Origin: Thalia democratica
Lineage: Eukaryota
Length of the DNA stretch: 64,000 nt
Assembly (NCBI GenBank): GCA_965202585.1
Contig: OZ241833.1
Span: 34,348,001-34,412,000 of the forward strand
Reading direction: 5' to 3'
Shown piece by piece: positions 47,701 to 59,973 of the stretch (its first letter is position 1; every line of letters starts with the position of its first letter). A program made the translations under genes and the position numbers. The notes under the pieces were generated by a model. It was given only the letters and a program-made list of their open reading frames with translations. It did no database searches and was not told where the DNA came from.

Positions 47701-50700
47701 CTCGCTCTCCCCGCTCACCACCGTCAGCTTGATCCTCCTGCCCGCCGGCGCCACCAGCTTCCACTGGCAGCTCAGACCGTTCTGGTAGCTGTCCGGGTAG
47801 CCGGGCGTCTCGAACGTCGTCGGCTTGTCGCCGACCGGCAGCACCTGGTCGCACGGCGACTTTATGTGGTACGCGCCCTTGTAGTAGCCGCTCCTGCCCA
47901 GGCTCGGCTCGCTCGCGTACCTGACCACCAGCGTCCCGTCCGAGGAGCCGTACGTCTTCTTGTTCGCCGCGTCCGTGATGGTTCCCGACACGAGCTTGTT
48001 GGCCGAGTAGGCCTGCAGCAGCTCGCAGCAGTCGTCAGAGTCTTCGGCTTCCACGTCCAGCGCGACCTGAAACCCCGGCGGGGCCGTCAGCGTCCATTTG
48101 CACGCGGTGACCCTGGAAGTGTTGGACCAGCACTCGGGCATGAGAAAGTCCTGCGGCTGGTAAGTCGCCTGCGCCTCGAACCCGCACTCCCCGTCGAAAT
48201 TCTTGACCTCGGGGCGGCTCAGCACTTTGGGCTTTACGACGTAGGAGAAACGGAAGCCGACGTCCTGGTTGTGGTGATCGGTGGTGAACTTTACGGCCAG
48301 GGAGTTCCCCGTCGACGTGAACAGCATCGGGCTCTGCACCTTGCCCGACGTCTTTCCCAACGATCCGTTCCCGGAAAACACTTCGACGAAATCGCAGCAG
48401 GCCTCGGAGCCGCCGCTGATGATCGAAAAGTAAACCTGCTCGTCGTTCTCGCTGATGAACTTCCACGTGAAGCTTTCCGAGGGCGCGTAGCTGTGCGGGT
48501 AGCCCGGCGTGCTGAAAAAGCGAACTGTTTCGGTGACCTGAAAGGTGCGCTGCGCGACGAACTCGCAGGCGTCGTGGTAGTACGCCAGAAAGCCTTTGAA
48601 CTGCCGCGTGCCATCGGAAAAGAACTTCAGGGACAGGAAGCCGCCGGTCGACGTGTAACTTTTCCTCTTGACGGAATTCCCCGACTCCACACCGACCAGG
48701 ATGTCGTTGCTCAAAACTTCTACGAGGTCGCAGCACGCCTCGGTTTCGATTTCGACGAAAACCAGCTCGACCTCGCAACTGCTGGACCTCGAACGAATGT
48801 TCCAGGTGTAGTAGGCGTGGCCGGGGTACTCTCCGGGGTAGTTCGGTGACAGCAGGTTGATGTAGTCGTCGGTGGAGTAGAGGTCGATCGTTTCAGCGTC
48901 CGTTTCGTCTTCGTCCGTATCGTCGGACGGAACGTCGACGTACGACCTGTTCTGCACGCTGTACAGCCCTACGTAGCCCGGGCTGGTCACGCCCTCCGGC
49001 GAGCTGAACAGGACCTTCAAGCTTCCGTTCGTCGACGAAAACGTCCGCGGGCTGTCGACGGAGCCGGAAACGTTGGCGATCAGCTCGTCGCCAGAGTACA
49101 CTTCCACGCAGCACGAGTCCGATTGGCCGCTGGACAGGGTGAACTCGACCTGCTGGCCGGCGGGGGCGACAAGGTCGTAGCGGGAGGTCGAGCTGAAGGG
49201 GCACTCGTAGGGGTAGCCGGGGGAGGAGATGGTCATGGTGCGCGAGTAGGCGGGCAGGACGGAGGCGTCCAGCTCCGAGTCGATCTGGTAGTAGCCGTGG
49301 AAGCCCTTCATCTCGGTTTCCTCGTCGGCGTAGAACTTGATGACCAGCATTCCGTTGAGCGAGGCGAACGTTTTCTGCTCCGTCAAGTTTCCCGACACCT
49401 CGTAGAACAGGCTGCCGTTCACCCATATTTTCAGGTAGTCAACTTCCGGCTCGGTTTTTCCGGACACCAAATACAATTTCACCTGCTTGCCCTCGGGCGC
49501 GTATATCTTCCACTCACAGTAGGCGTACGGCGGGTAACTTTCCGGGTAGTTGGGGGTTGAGAGGGTCTTGGCAGCGTACCTCGCCTCGGCGAACCTGATG
49601 CACGTTTCCACTTTGTTGTTTTCGCTTTCTTCGTCCTTCAAGAGGTCGTCCGTGGCCACCTTGTACTGCGCGTAGATGCCCTCGAACTCCAGCGCTGAGT
49701 CGGAGTAGAAGTGAAGGTCTAGAATCCCGTTGGTGGACACGAAGCTCTTGGGCGCGGTTACCTGGCCCGAAACGGTCCCGATCAAAACATCGTTGGACCT
49801 GATTTCCAGTTTGTCGCAGCAAGCTTCCGTCTGTCCGTGCAATACCAGGAAGTGCACCTGCTTTCCCTGCGGAGCCCGTATCTGGCACTCGAAAGACGTC
49901 TTCTTGCCGTAGTTTAGTGGAAATCCCGGCGTGGTGAAGTTCTGCTCCTCCTCCGTAGCGGTCAACATGAAGCCGTCGGAGCTGGTGTCCAGCTGAAAGT
50001 AGCCGTGGAAGCCCGGGTACTCCCGCACGTAGTCGGACCTGAAGTAGACGTCCAGCCTGCCGTCTACGGATTTGAACTCGCGCGGGTTCACCAGCAGCCC
50101 GGAAACTTCCCCCAACTTGGTCTTGTTGCTGTACACCTCCAGCTTGTCGCAGCACTCTTCGCTTCTACCGCCCACCACCACCAGCTTCACCTGCTGATCC
50201 GGGTCCCGCGCCTTCAACACCCACGTTGCCGTCAGGAAGCTCTCGTACGACCGGGGGTAGCCGGGCGTGCTCCAGGTGGTGGAAAACTCGACCACTTTGG
50301 GGGAGAACTTGACGGTCGGGCCCAGAGTCGTGGTTTCTTCCGTCGTCGTGGTCGTGGTGGTCTTTTTTGTCGTGGTGGTCGTGGTGGGCTTTGTCGTGGT
50401 CGTCGTGGTCGTCGTCGTGGGCGTTGTCGTGGTTGTTGTGGTGGTTGTGGTCGTGGTTGTGGTCGTGGTTATCAACTGGTACTCGTAGTAGCCCGTGAAA
50501 CCTTTAAAACGAAAAAGAGGTTAGTATGTTTTGAAAAATTACAAAAACTACTAAAGAATCACTTGTTAAGTATATTACAAATAAAAATAAACATTCACAG
50601 CTGACTTTAAAAAGTTGTCATAAAAACATTCAGTACTATTCAAAACCAGCCAAAAAACCTGAAAAATGCAGCAAATAATCCGTTTCGAACGTGATCCTCA

Positions 50701-51067
50701 AGCCTTGCCCGGTGCCGCTCCGGTACGTGACCGCCTTCTCCACCACCCCCGACAGCGGCTCAAACTTCCTGGCGCCGTCGTACACGGTCAAAATGTCGCA
50801 GCACTCCTCGCTCCTGCCCTCCGTTATCACCAGCTGCACCCGCTCGCCGGGAATCCCCGGTATGGTCCACTCGCACTTGGCGAACGACGGGTACTCCCCG
50901 GGGTAGTTGGGCGTCGCGAACGTGTTGTTGCCCTCGCCGAGCTCCAGCGTCCCGCAGTCGTACTCTTGCGCCGGCTCCTGGCGCCTGACCCGCTTGTGCA
51001 CGGTGAGGCTCGAACCGGGTTGGAGCGTCAGTAGAAAAATGATCAGACAAAGTTCCCTAGAAAGCAT
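29780..51067 (-). CDS. Giant type I membrane protein: signal peptide, 11 CUB domains, TM, ~2,600-aa repetitive cytoplasmic tail (~4,329 aa, 20 exons)
   Basis: Phase-compatible exons: 51067-50659, 50501-46651, 46494-46132, 45356-45197, 44608-44495, 43950-43843, 43501-43388, 42420-42264, 41922-39809, 39208-39164, 38074-37859, 37745-37524, 37196-37152, 37086-36880, 35959-35771, 35290-35093, 34642-34604, 34520-34131, 33931-33686, 33582-29780. Sum is 12,990 nt with no internal stop. CUB halves join correctly across introns (CDEML|VYSNN; CCDRME|ISSNG). Weakest links: the acceptor at 44609 and the donor at 43842. Confidence 0.72.
31205..31465 (-). repeat. 7-aa periodic repeat (xxNPSK-type), ~12 units
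   Basis: [84 protein letters not shown]. Confidence 0.85.
32100..33538 (-). repeat. 252-bp (84-aa) coding tandem repeat, 5 near-identical units plus 1 diverged
   Basis: ML(E/D/K)SS codons at 33538, 33286, 33034, 32782, 32530, 32278 (exact 252-nt spacing). Confidence 0.97.
33686..38074 (-). repeat. Eight copies of an unrecognised ~55-aa domain on phase-1 symmetric exons
   Basis: Consensus S.(I/F)..SQL.(F/I)P.G..G.I.GV(Y/F)D.......ET(D/N)..GE.P....GVLTVAR.P in exons starting 38074, 37745, 37086, 35959, 35290, 34520 (two copies) and 33931. Confidence 0.85.
35391..35696 (-). mobile_element. hAT-type MITE related to 11778-12109
   Basis: TAGGG.../...CCCCTA ends; ctgcccgcgggcaaaatgcgacccgct is the reverse complement of the 12040-12100-type subterminal motif. 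Confidence 0.6.
38594..39019. mobile_element. Mutator (MULE)/Foldback-type non-autonomous element in an intron
   Basis: ~60-bp TIRs each with three GACAATTCAAATTC units; perfect 9-bp TSD CCAAAACTT (38585-38593, 39020-39028). Confidence 0.9.
40430..40790 (-). repeat. (Glu-Pro)n dipeptide hexanucleotide microsatellite in coding exon
   Basis: GAACC(A/T)/GAGCCA runs giving EPEPEP... with Q/V/S variants. Confidence 0.95.
42264..42420 (-). other. Transmembrane exon with Cys-rich cytoplasmic boundary
   Basis: [34 protein letters not shown] followed by MKKHNK (positive-inside). Confidence 0.85.
44878..45200. repeat. 35-bp intronic minisatellite (9 units plus a partial one) abutting the CUB11 exon donor
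   Basis: Unit gtttactaacaaatgagtaagtgtacatatttgta starts at 44878, 44913, 44948, 44983, 45012, 45047, 45082, 45117, 45152, 45187 (one unit is 29 nt). Confidence 0.95.
45197..51067 (-). other. Ectodomain part: signal peptide, furin site (KRVRR), 11 CUB domains
   Basis: [20 protein letters not shown] signal; 11 units of (S/T)P(N/G)YP..Y....C.W.I.AP.G..V.L......E.CCD.L.V...G...F.S....GF.G.Y. Confidence 0.93.
50335..50472 (-). repeat. Poly-Thr mucin-like linker between CUB1 and CUB2
   Basis: ACN codon run encoding ~45 aa, almost all Thr. Confidence 0.9.
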
Positions 51068-54000
51068 TTGGTTGGTCGCGTTGTCGCTTTTTGCATTTTA
51101 AAAACAAATAGCACTTTGCGTTTAGTTTACCTTTGCTACAATATAAATCGAAAGGTAAAGTTTCAAAGATGTAAAGTTGAATTTTAACTGTTTGTTTTTT
51201 CTGCACAGAAATTTAAAGAAAACTTTGCGAAATATGCAAATTTTTGTAATACATTATATGACGTATTTTGTGAAAATAAATTAGTTTCGTTTTTTTAATA
51301 AATTAGTTGCTGTATGGTTTTTATAACTAGTAAATAGAAATTTATAGTTAATGAAATAAATTGTGAACAATAATTAAAAAAAAACAATATTTTGTTTTCA
51401 AAAATCTCTCATAAAAGTTTTCATAAGAGGAAACGCTAATATATTAGATTAGTAGAAGGTAAAGTTCGAAACTAGTGTCTGAAGTAGTGATTGAAGTTAA
51501 GAACTAGATAAACCCGCGTAAAAGTTGCACGTCATGATATCTACCGACTAAAGACTTAAATTTAATCTAAAATAGTACTGATCTAAATTAGCAATATTTT
51601 TTAAAAACAACCTATTTTTACTATTCGATTTTAATAGCCCATTACTTTAGGATTACAAGCGAAACTATATAACAAAAAAAATAAATAAAACTAAAACTAT
51701 TTAAAATGTGTCCTTTGAAGAATTTTTTTGATGAAATTTGTATGCAAGTTTGACTACTTTTAATGAATAAAACATTTAAACAATAGTTGTTTTAGTTTCA
51801 ATGTTTTGTAAAGCTTATTTTACGAAAATTTCTTAAAATACAATCCATGTTAAAGTAGGTGAACTACTATACAATTAAAACTATAATAGTTAAAACAATA
51901 AAATTTAAACTAAGTTAGGCTTATACTTACATAGAAAAACGTATGAAGCTTAAGTTGCGGTTGAAATATTTGCACCTCAAGTATACATCTCAATATAGAG
52001 GGGTTCTTAATGGTAATAGAGAATAGTAAAGTGTTGAAGATTAATACAACAAGTTAAACAAAACTTATCTTTTATTTATATGAACTAAAAAAACACAAAG
52101 ATACATTATAACTACATCACACTATACTAAAACTATAGTTAAACACACATGATCATAGATTACTAATAAGTATCTTAGAACTTAAGTAAAAATCATTTAG
52201 TTCTTAAATCTAACGTGTTTATAGCACAATAATTGCTGCCGAATGCCCTGCCGAATGTCCATAACTTTCAAAATGTTGTTTATTTTATATCAAAAGCAAA
52301 AAAAATCTTTTTCTTTTTTCTTACGTATTCATTGGAAATAAATTAACTCCTTCGAATGGACAATGTTGTTTTGGGAAGTTAAGAAAACTGCTTTGAGAAA
52401 GCTTATCATTGATTTTATTGTTACAAAAAATTCCATATTTATTCACACGCTTTAAAATTATAAAACTAAATGTTGATTTCATCACATATTAATTGATAGT
52501 TACTATGTTTTTAACTAAGTAGGTTTTTAGAAACTTAGATAATCAAAATAAAAGATAAGTTATATAAGCATAGGTTATACAGTTTAAGTGAACTAAAGTT
52601 TAATTAATATAATGTACAGTTTTCTGTATTACTATGAAATACTATAAACAAACTTAACAGTTGTGTGACAGTCATTTTGTTTATTATAACTAATAATACT
52701 CAAGTGGTTAGAGCTTTATTGTAACTATTTTGTGCATTAAGTTTTAATTAAATTATTACTTTGGCTATGTTTAATTAGTATTTTATTCATATTTTAAAAC
52801 TTTAATCCGAATTTATTTTTTAAGTTACATAAAGATTGTAAGCACAAAAGTGATGACAAATTTTATTATAAGTTTTCTTTAAATAACATTTTTTTACCTT
52901 AAAATATCGTTTTCTAATTTGATTGCGTTGAATTAAAGTTTTCCTACCTATTTTTATTAGTTTTTAAACAATTGAAATTTTTTTATACGATCAGTTAAAA
53001 AGTATAAGGTAGAAAGTTAATAAAAATATATTTTTAAGAATTTTTTTTTGAAATAATTGATTGGTCAATAACCTCTTTTTAAAGCAGTGAAAGTGTAGAA
53101 TGAAGTGTATTTGTATATTTTTAAACTTACAGTAAAAATATATTTAGTGAGTTTATTTTAAACCCTTATGTTATATATAAATTTACTGTTAAGGCTTAAA
53201 AAGTATATAAAAGGATAATTAAAAGTGTAGTATGTTACAATACTTTTACACATTATTACTGAAAGTAAAATTTAAGTAGATAAAAAGAATTTCATTATTA
53301 GGAATCGGAGTTTAAATAATTATTCCAGAACGCAAAACAGAAGCTTGGAACAATAAAAAAAATATTTTTTGAAAGTTTAGTTCTTTTATAAAGCACTTGA
53401 CAATGCTCTATATAAAGTTATCTTTAAATACATTGTTTAAATATTTAATGTGAAGCAAAATTTGCAAAGGTTTTTAAGTTTTGGCTGAAACATAACTCAT
53501 TTTATAAAACACGGGTAAAGTAACATAAACTACTTAGACATACTATGCTTAAGTTAATATTTCTAAATGTAATTTTTGTACATATTTTATTCTTATTATA
53601 TTGGTTGAATGTGCTCACAAAATATAACATGAATTATCTAACTTTAAATAAATTTAAATCGTATCAAAATGTTTATCAGCTGTATAACATTATAACAGCA
53701 TCGAAAATCTAATAAAAAATGTGGATGTTAATTTTTTAAATTAATATATTTTTTAACAAAGGTCCAGATTAACTTAGCTTTTTTAAATGTTTAAAAACTG
53801 CACTATTAAACAAACATTAATATTAAAATAAAAAAGTTCTTAACTTACATTACTAACAGTTCTGTTAAACATAACAACTCCCAGTTTTGCTCTTTAGAAT
53901 TCTGTTGGCTGTTATAACCAGTGTGCCAGATTTGAGTTTAAAAAGCTTTACTGTTCTAAGACTATAGGTCGACTCAGTTCAAACTTTAAAAACTTTTTAA

Positions 54001-55139
54001 TTTATACAAGCATGCTGCCTAATAAAACATGAACTTGTACTTGAAACTAATTAAGCTGTCATAACTTGTGCATAACGTTAACAATATTTTCTTTAAGCCT
54101 TCTTAGCAAAAACAAATATTGAAAGTTTAAAAAATTTATTCGATGTTTGTACAAAAAACCATGAAAACAAAGTATTACCTGCTATAGCTGTTTTTTGCAA
54201 ATGGTAAAACAAAACTGAAGTTTTGTATTTAAGTTTTCAATGTAACTACACTTTTATTCAAGTGCTTCATCATTTTAGTTTGTAAGGTGCATTCATGCAA
54301 TACAAATGTTTAATTGTTAAACTAAATCCAAAGTAAAGACAAATATTTATCACTGCTTGGTACAATTTGTATTGTAAAACACTAATTTTTAAGTTTATAA
54401 CGAACTTCAAGAATGTTTTAAATTTCTAAGATTTTTCATTGTTATGCAAAACTATTTGTTTTGAAAATCGAACAGGAAACGTGCTTAAAAATATAAAAGT
54501 AAAGTGTTTGCGTTAGTTTTGTTTACATAAAGTTGAACAGTTGGTATTACTAAAGTAGATTCTTGCGCGCCTTTTAGCAGGATGTTTTAATCTCTGTGTT
54601 CATCTTTTTAGTTTTACAAAATAAAACATTCTATTAAAAGTAAGCGAATATTAAGAGTTACAGTTTTGTTGTTTTTAAGGTATTGCTTTAACATATGCAT
54701 CAGTCAAATTGAACAGTAACTTACAAGTTTTGCCTGAAAAGTCTTTAATAAACGGTAATATGTTTAAGTAGGTTTTGTGAAAATTACATTACTAAAAGGT
54801 TATGCTTTCAATAAACTTAAATTAAGAGACTATGCTTTTATGATAATATTTTCCGTACATTTTCTTTTGTGAACGTACTATGGAAATAGTTTGAAGCTTT
54901 TCAAGAACTATAATTTTTATCGTGAGCTATGCAAAAATTTTCTTAGGCTTTAACTTTATTCATTTTTTAAATATTCAACTAATTATCAATTAAGTAACAG
55001 TGCTCGAATTTTGTTATTTTACTGATATTTTTGTCTTTTGACTAATAGCAGTGACTTTAATACCGAAAATAGAGTGCTTTTTAAATTATAAATAAGAACA
55101 CAAATTTTTATCTTAAATTCAAAAAATACAAGTACGTAT

Positions 55140-55430
55140 TCAAAAACGTCAGCGCTTATCACAAACACCTACCTAACGAAAACCTACACCGACTCAAGCT
55201 AAATCCCAATCAAAAGAAAAACCGCGTTTCGAGTTCAAACAAATTCGCTCACACACCAGAAAGCACCCTGTGTGTGTGATAACAAGCAGATATGAGAGAG
55301 CAGTTATGAGTAGCTGCTTCCTCTGCGTGTAGTGCTTGTACGTAGCGATATTAGGCTTTAGATTGGCGCGTTGATAAGTTGTGTGCTGCAAAGCTGTTGC
55401 ATTTGACTTCTGCTGTGCACTTGATGTGAG
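55140..55430. promoter_or_regulatory. CpG-enriched island between the divergent CUB and 7-TM genes; possible promoter and first UTR exon
   Basis: GC/CpG rise, ATTGG (reverse CCAAT) next to GCGCG and GATAAG, plus-strand donor-like GTGAGT at ~55426. Confidence 0.4.
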
Positions 55431-58400
55431 TTTAAGGGTTACAGTGTATAAGCTGTTACTTTTGAGAGAAAAATTTGTACTGGTTGAAGTAGAAATAAAT
55501 AAATTTGAAAAAAGGTGTTGCTGAATTGATTGCTTGTTTTGCTTAGAACTGGTTAGTTACATATATTGTTTTAAATTTATTTTGATTATTTAGTTTATAT
55601 TATTTGTTATCAACATGTAGATAGCTTTGTTTAGTTTTAAACTTAAAAAAAATTTAACACTTTAGCTACAATCGAACTTAAAAACTTGGAGATATGTTTA
55701 TATTTAATTTTATATAAGCTAGTTTTATGGTTTGTTATATTTTATAAACTTTTTTTGAACTAATTTAAATCAAAACCATAGTCACAACTTGATTTTAAAA
55801 TCAAAAACATTTTTTTCACCTCAAACACTATTTCCCTCTATCAAGCTTTCCCAGTGAGCAGTGATTCATAAAAATCAAAACTTTTAGTTGAAAAAAATAG
55901 CGCTCATTAGCTTTCAACCACCCACGTATACTTATACAGAATATTGCTCAGCTGGTATTAGCTTAAAATTTTGTTGCTTTTGATTGAATGTGTTTGAAAA
56001 GGATATAAACACATTAAACATTGAAATTTGTTTAGAGTTTGGTTAGCATCTAATGCTTTGTTTTTTAAGTGATTTAGAAAAAACTGCTTATCTAGCTGAA
56101 GCTTTGTTTTATTGTTTTTGATATTTATCTTCATGTTTTTGACAGTTTATTTTTTTAAGTTGTTTTGTTTATTTTTGAAGTTTCTGATAAACTTTATCAA
56201 CAAAATTGTTTACTAAATGAAGTTCAAATCTAAAAAATAACCGAAACCATTCATGATTATTTTTATAAGTAGTTTTACAAACTGAGACTTATTGTTATGA
56301 AATAATAATCTGCAATACAAAAGTATTTTAGAAACATAAAATTAAAGTTCAATTAAAGAAATCAGAAAGTTAAGTGTAATTAATTTGTGTTGACTTATTA
56401 AGTTTATGCTTAATCTTTTAAAATTCATTTAAACTATTAATGCTTCTAATTGGCGTTAAAAGTTGTTTGAGTTTAAACTGTTTGTTAAAAATTAAAAAAA
56501 AACTATTCATAGATTTAGTCTTACTTTGTCTCTTTTTACTTTTAAATAGTTTTCTTGGTTTCTTTTACTTAAGACTTTTTTTTTCAAATACGACACCTTA
56601 CATTTTTCAACTTTACTTTTTAGACTTGAAAGTAAACTAATATTAAAAATTGGTTTTAGATGAAACACTTTTATTGTATGAGGAGCTTGTCTTGTGTTTA
56701 TATTACTCTGTCTAAACTTATACAGTCCATTTTCAAAATTAAGTTCAAGTTTAATGTGCCATTAATTAACAATTAATTTGACAGCTAACTCGACTTACTC
56801 AGTTCAAGAAACATGTTTTAATGTTGATCGTTAACAAAAACATCAATTAAACATTAATAGACAGATTAAAATGTATTTAATAATAACAACATATTTAAAC
56901 AGTACTCATTCTTTCATACACTAACACATGTCTTTATTAGCAAACGCTTGTATTTATATTTTGAATAGTATACATTTAATATGCATTTTTATTCAAGTTT
57001 TTATACTTTTTAATGAGCTCTAGTATGTTGTATAATAGCAAATATTATTAAACCAAAGTATGTATATATGAACTGCATTTAAATTAAACTATGTTATTTT
57101 TTGCTTTGTCTGCAATAAACAGGTTTTGAAAAGTGCTTGAACTTATGACCTAGTAATTATTAAATTTAAGTATAAACTTGTTTGTTATTATTAGTAAAAC
57201 TTTATTTGTGCTAATAATGCTCAAGATAAGATTACACTTCGAATAAAGTACATATCTTGAAAATCTATGTACTTCCATTAAATCTCCTTAAGCCTTATCA
57301 ATAATGACGTAATGATTCAGTTTACAATATTTGTAGATAACTAGAATTGAAATTTTTCTAATCTTACTTAATGGTTATTTAACTGTTAGAACTAACTTCT
57401 CCAGGATTTTCAACTAAATTTGGAGTTAATTAGGTGAGTTTTAGTTTTTTATTTTTAATTATAGAAACAAATTAAAAACATGTTTAGTTATTAAATTTAA
57501 GCTAAAATTTTAAATACGTTTAGAATCTGTCTGTTTAGTTACAAAAATAATCTAGTATAGTATACATTTTAATTTTTATTAACAACAACAGTCAAATATG
57601 TATTATTTTTTAATGATTTAATAGTCTTTTAGAATTGTTAGCAAGTTTATAATTTATACTTAGTCTTTTTGATTATTATAAATTCTTTATAACTATGATA
57701 ACTTATTTTAAAGCTATGACTTAAAAGTATAGGTTAATTTTAATCTTTAAGAATAATAACTTTGGCTTTATCTAAGTAATACAACGCTTTCACTAAAAAC
57801 TTAGATGGCTGTAATTACTGCTATTTTCATTGGTAATACTAATACTATTTCATATAAGACAGACTTTATATATTAGTTAATCCTTACAAGTATTAGGCTT
57901 TAAAAGCTTTGTTGTTATACAATTTTACAAAGCCTTGTGTATTACCAAGCCTATATTGTATTTGAAAATTTATTATTAACTTATTTTAAACTTAAATTAT
58001 AATTAGATTAAATTTATCATACTTTGGTGTTATTGTTTTTTTTTTTGCTAGATTTTTCGTTTGTTATTGTTAAATTTACTATGTATGTGCTTGTTTTTTA
58101 AGAAAACATAAATAATGTATTTTTTTTAGCTGTTTGTTTATCCGCATTTAGTAGCAAAAATAAGCAAGTACTGTTGTTAAAAAAAAAGAAACATTTTAGT
58201 TTATTTTTTTCCCAATTGGATTGTTTATTGTTATATAGTTAAAAAATATCTTATAGTAAATCTTCTCCAATTTAATTTTTACAAAAATTTTAACTTTTCA
58301 ATATCTTTTTCAATACTTTTTAAAACTAAAATAGCATTTTAGTATAATTAAATTTTGGTATTTCTTAAACAGTTTAATTTTAAGTAGAAGTATTTAAACA

Positions 58401-59188
58401 CAAAACTATTAGTAAGAAGATAAGCCTTGAATACATTTAAAGAAAATTTAGTTTTAGATAGGATTTTTACTGTTCTTACTTAAAAAATTAAAGTTAATTT
58501 ACTTTAGTTAATATAAGCTTTATTAGAACTTGGTATTATATATTACTGCTTAAAATCGAACAAGTTTACTTTGTAATTACTTTTTAGTTGCTTATTTTTA
58601 AACTTATTTTCTTTAGTATATTTTAGAACAACTATATATAGCAACTAGAAATTAATTTATTTTGTTGAAAGTTACAAGTTCAAGTTTTTATAAGTCGAAA
58701 CTTGATCCATAGGTAATGAAGTAGAGTAATAAGTAAAAACAAGCTCAGTAAAAGCTTCATAACTAGTTTTATAAAACATTACACACCATGTTTCACTTTA
58801 CAAAGAGTTATTTAAACCTATAATTTACTTGTTTTCATGTGGTTCTTGTTTTTGAAAAATGTCTGATATAATTTAACAAAAAACTATTCATGAATATTAA
58901 AATGAGATGTAACACGAATTGATTTGCTTACTTTAAATAAACTTTGTCATACATTTAAATCCAAATTATAATTGCAATTTATTTAAACAACTGTAAATAA
59001 GCTTTATCAAAAATAAAGTTTTTCTAACAACCTGATAAAGCTTTTACTCATAACTTGTTTTATTAAATAGTATTTTTAAAGTACTTTTTTTAGAATAATT
59101 TTATAAATGTTATCATTTTATAATTGTTATATTTTTAAACAACTGTACTGCACAAGTGTATTATAGTACAGATTACTGTACTATAATA

Positions 59189-59841
59189 CAGTAATCTGCC
59201 GCTTAGGTACGCACTTTGAAGACAGCGCAAAAGTGCGTACCCAGCCGGAAGTGCGCACCAAAGAATATTGGTTTTTAATTATCTACATTAAGGATAAATA
59301 CATGTTCATTTTTTTAAAATAGCTGTTTTATAGGTTCTTAAAATTAATGATTCTATCATACGGTATATAAATGTTAGTTTTATTGTTCATTTTTCCGTAT
59401 ATCTAAAACTTAGTTTAGAATTTTATACGTTTTTTACATTTTTGTTTTAGTAATGGGGTATGTAAATGTTAATTGCACTGTTCATTGTTTTCGTTTATAT
59501 AAATTTTGTATGACCGTTTAAATATTTTTTATTCCTATGTTTTAATCATTGGGTGTGCAAATTTAAACTAATCTGTTTTCGTAACTGTTAAATAAGTAAA
59601 CGGCAATATGTTTGTTTTAATATTGGATTTCATATATAATTTGTAAGTTCATAACTTTTTTTTCTAATTTGTTTAATTTTAATTTATCTGTTATTAAGAC
59701 AGTTTAACTTATTTTAAATATCGTAGTTTTGTATTACTATTTCTAGATTCTTTTTTTTATTTCAAAGCCTTTTAATACAGCGATTTTAGGCTAAAAAGTG
59801 CCTACCCAAAGAAATGCGCATACCTGAGCAGCAACTTATTG
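59189..59841. mobile_element. Tc1/mariner-type MITE just upstream of the 7-TM gene
   Basis: TA-flanked 29-bp imperfect TIRs (21/29 by eye): CAGTAATCTGCCGCTTAGGTACGCACTTT vs reverse complement of AAATGCGCATACCTGAGCAGCAACTTATTG. Confidence 0.7.
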
Positions 59842-59973
59842 TATTATAAATATAAAGTTTATTCAAACATGATTGAAATTTTATTATATTTTATTTATTT
59901 CAATAGCATGCGTTTATCTTTTAAAGATTTTATTAACATATTTTTTCCAAACAGCCTATTAAAACCCTCTACC

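Noticed and set aside
45197-51067. Naming the CUB protein as cubilin, tolloid or a larvacean oikosin
   Set aside because: No EGF or protease domains, and the species is unknown, so no orthology can be supported.
46121-51101. Many overlapping 60-470-aa ORFs across the CUB exons
   Set aside because: By-products of high GC3 (few stops in other frames); only the CUB frame has domain structure.
59839-59973. 45-aa N-terminal extension of the 7-TM ORF from a TTG start
   Set aside because: AT-rich intron-like sequence beginning in a MITE end; an acceptor at 59954 and accATG at 59974 mark the real start.
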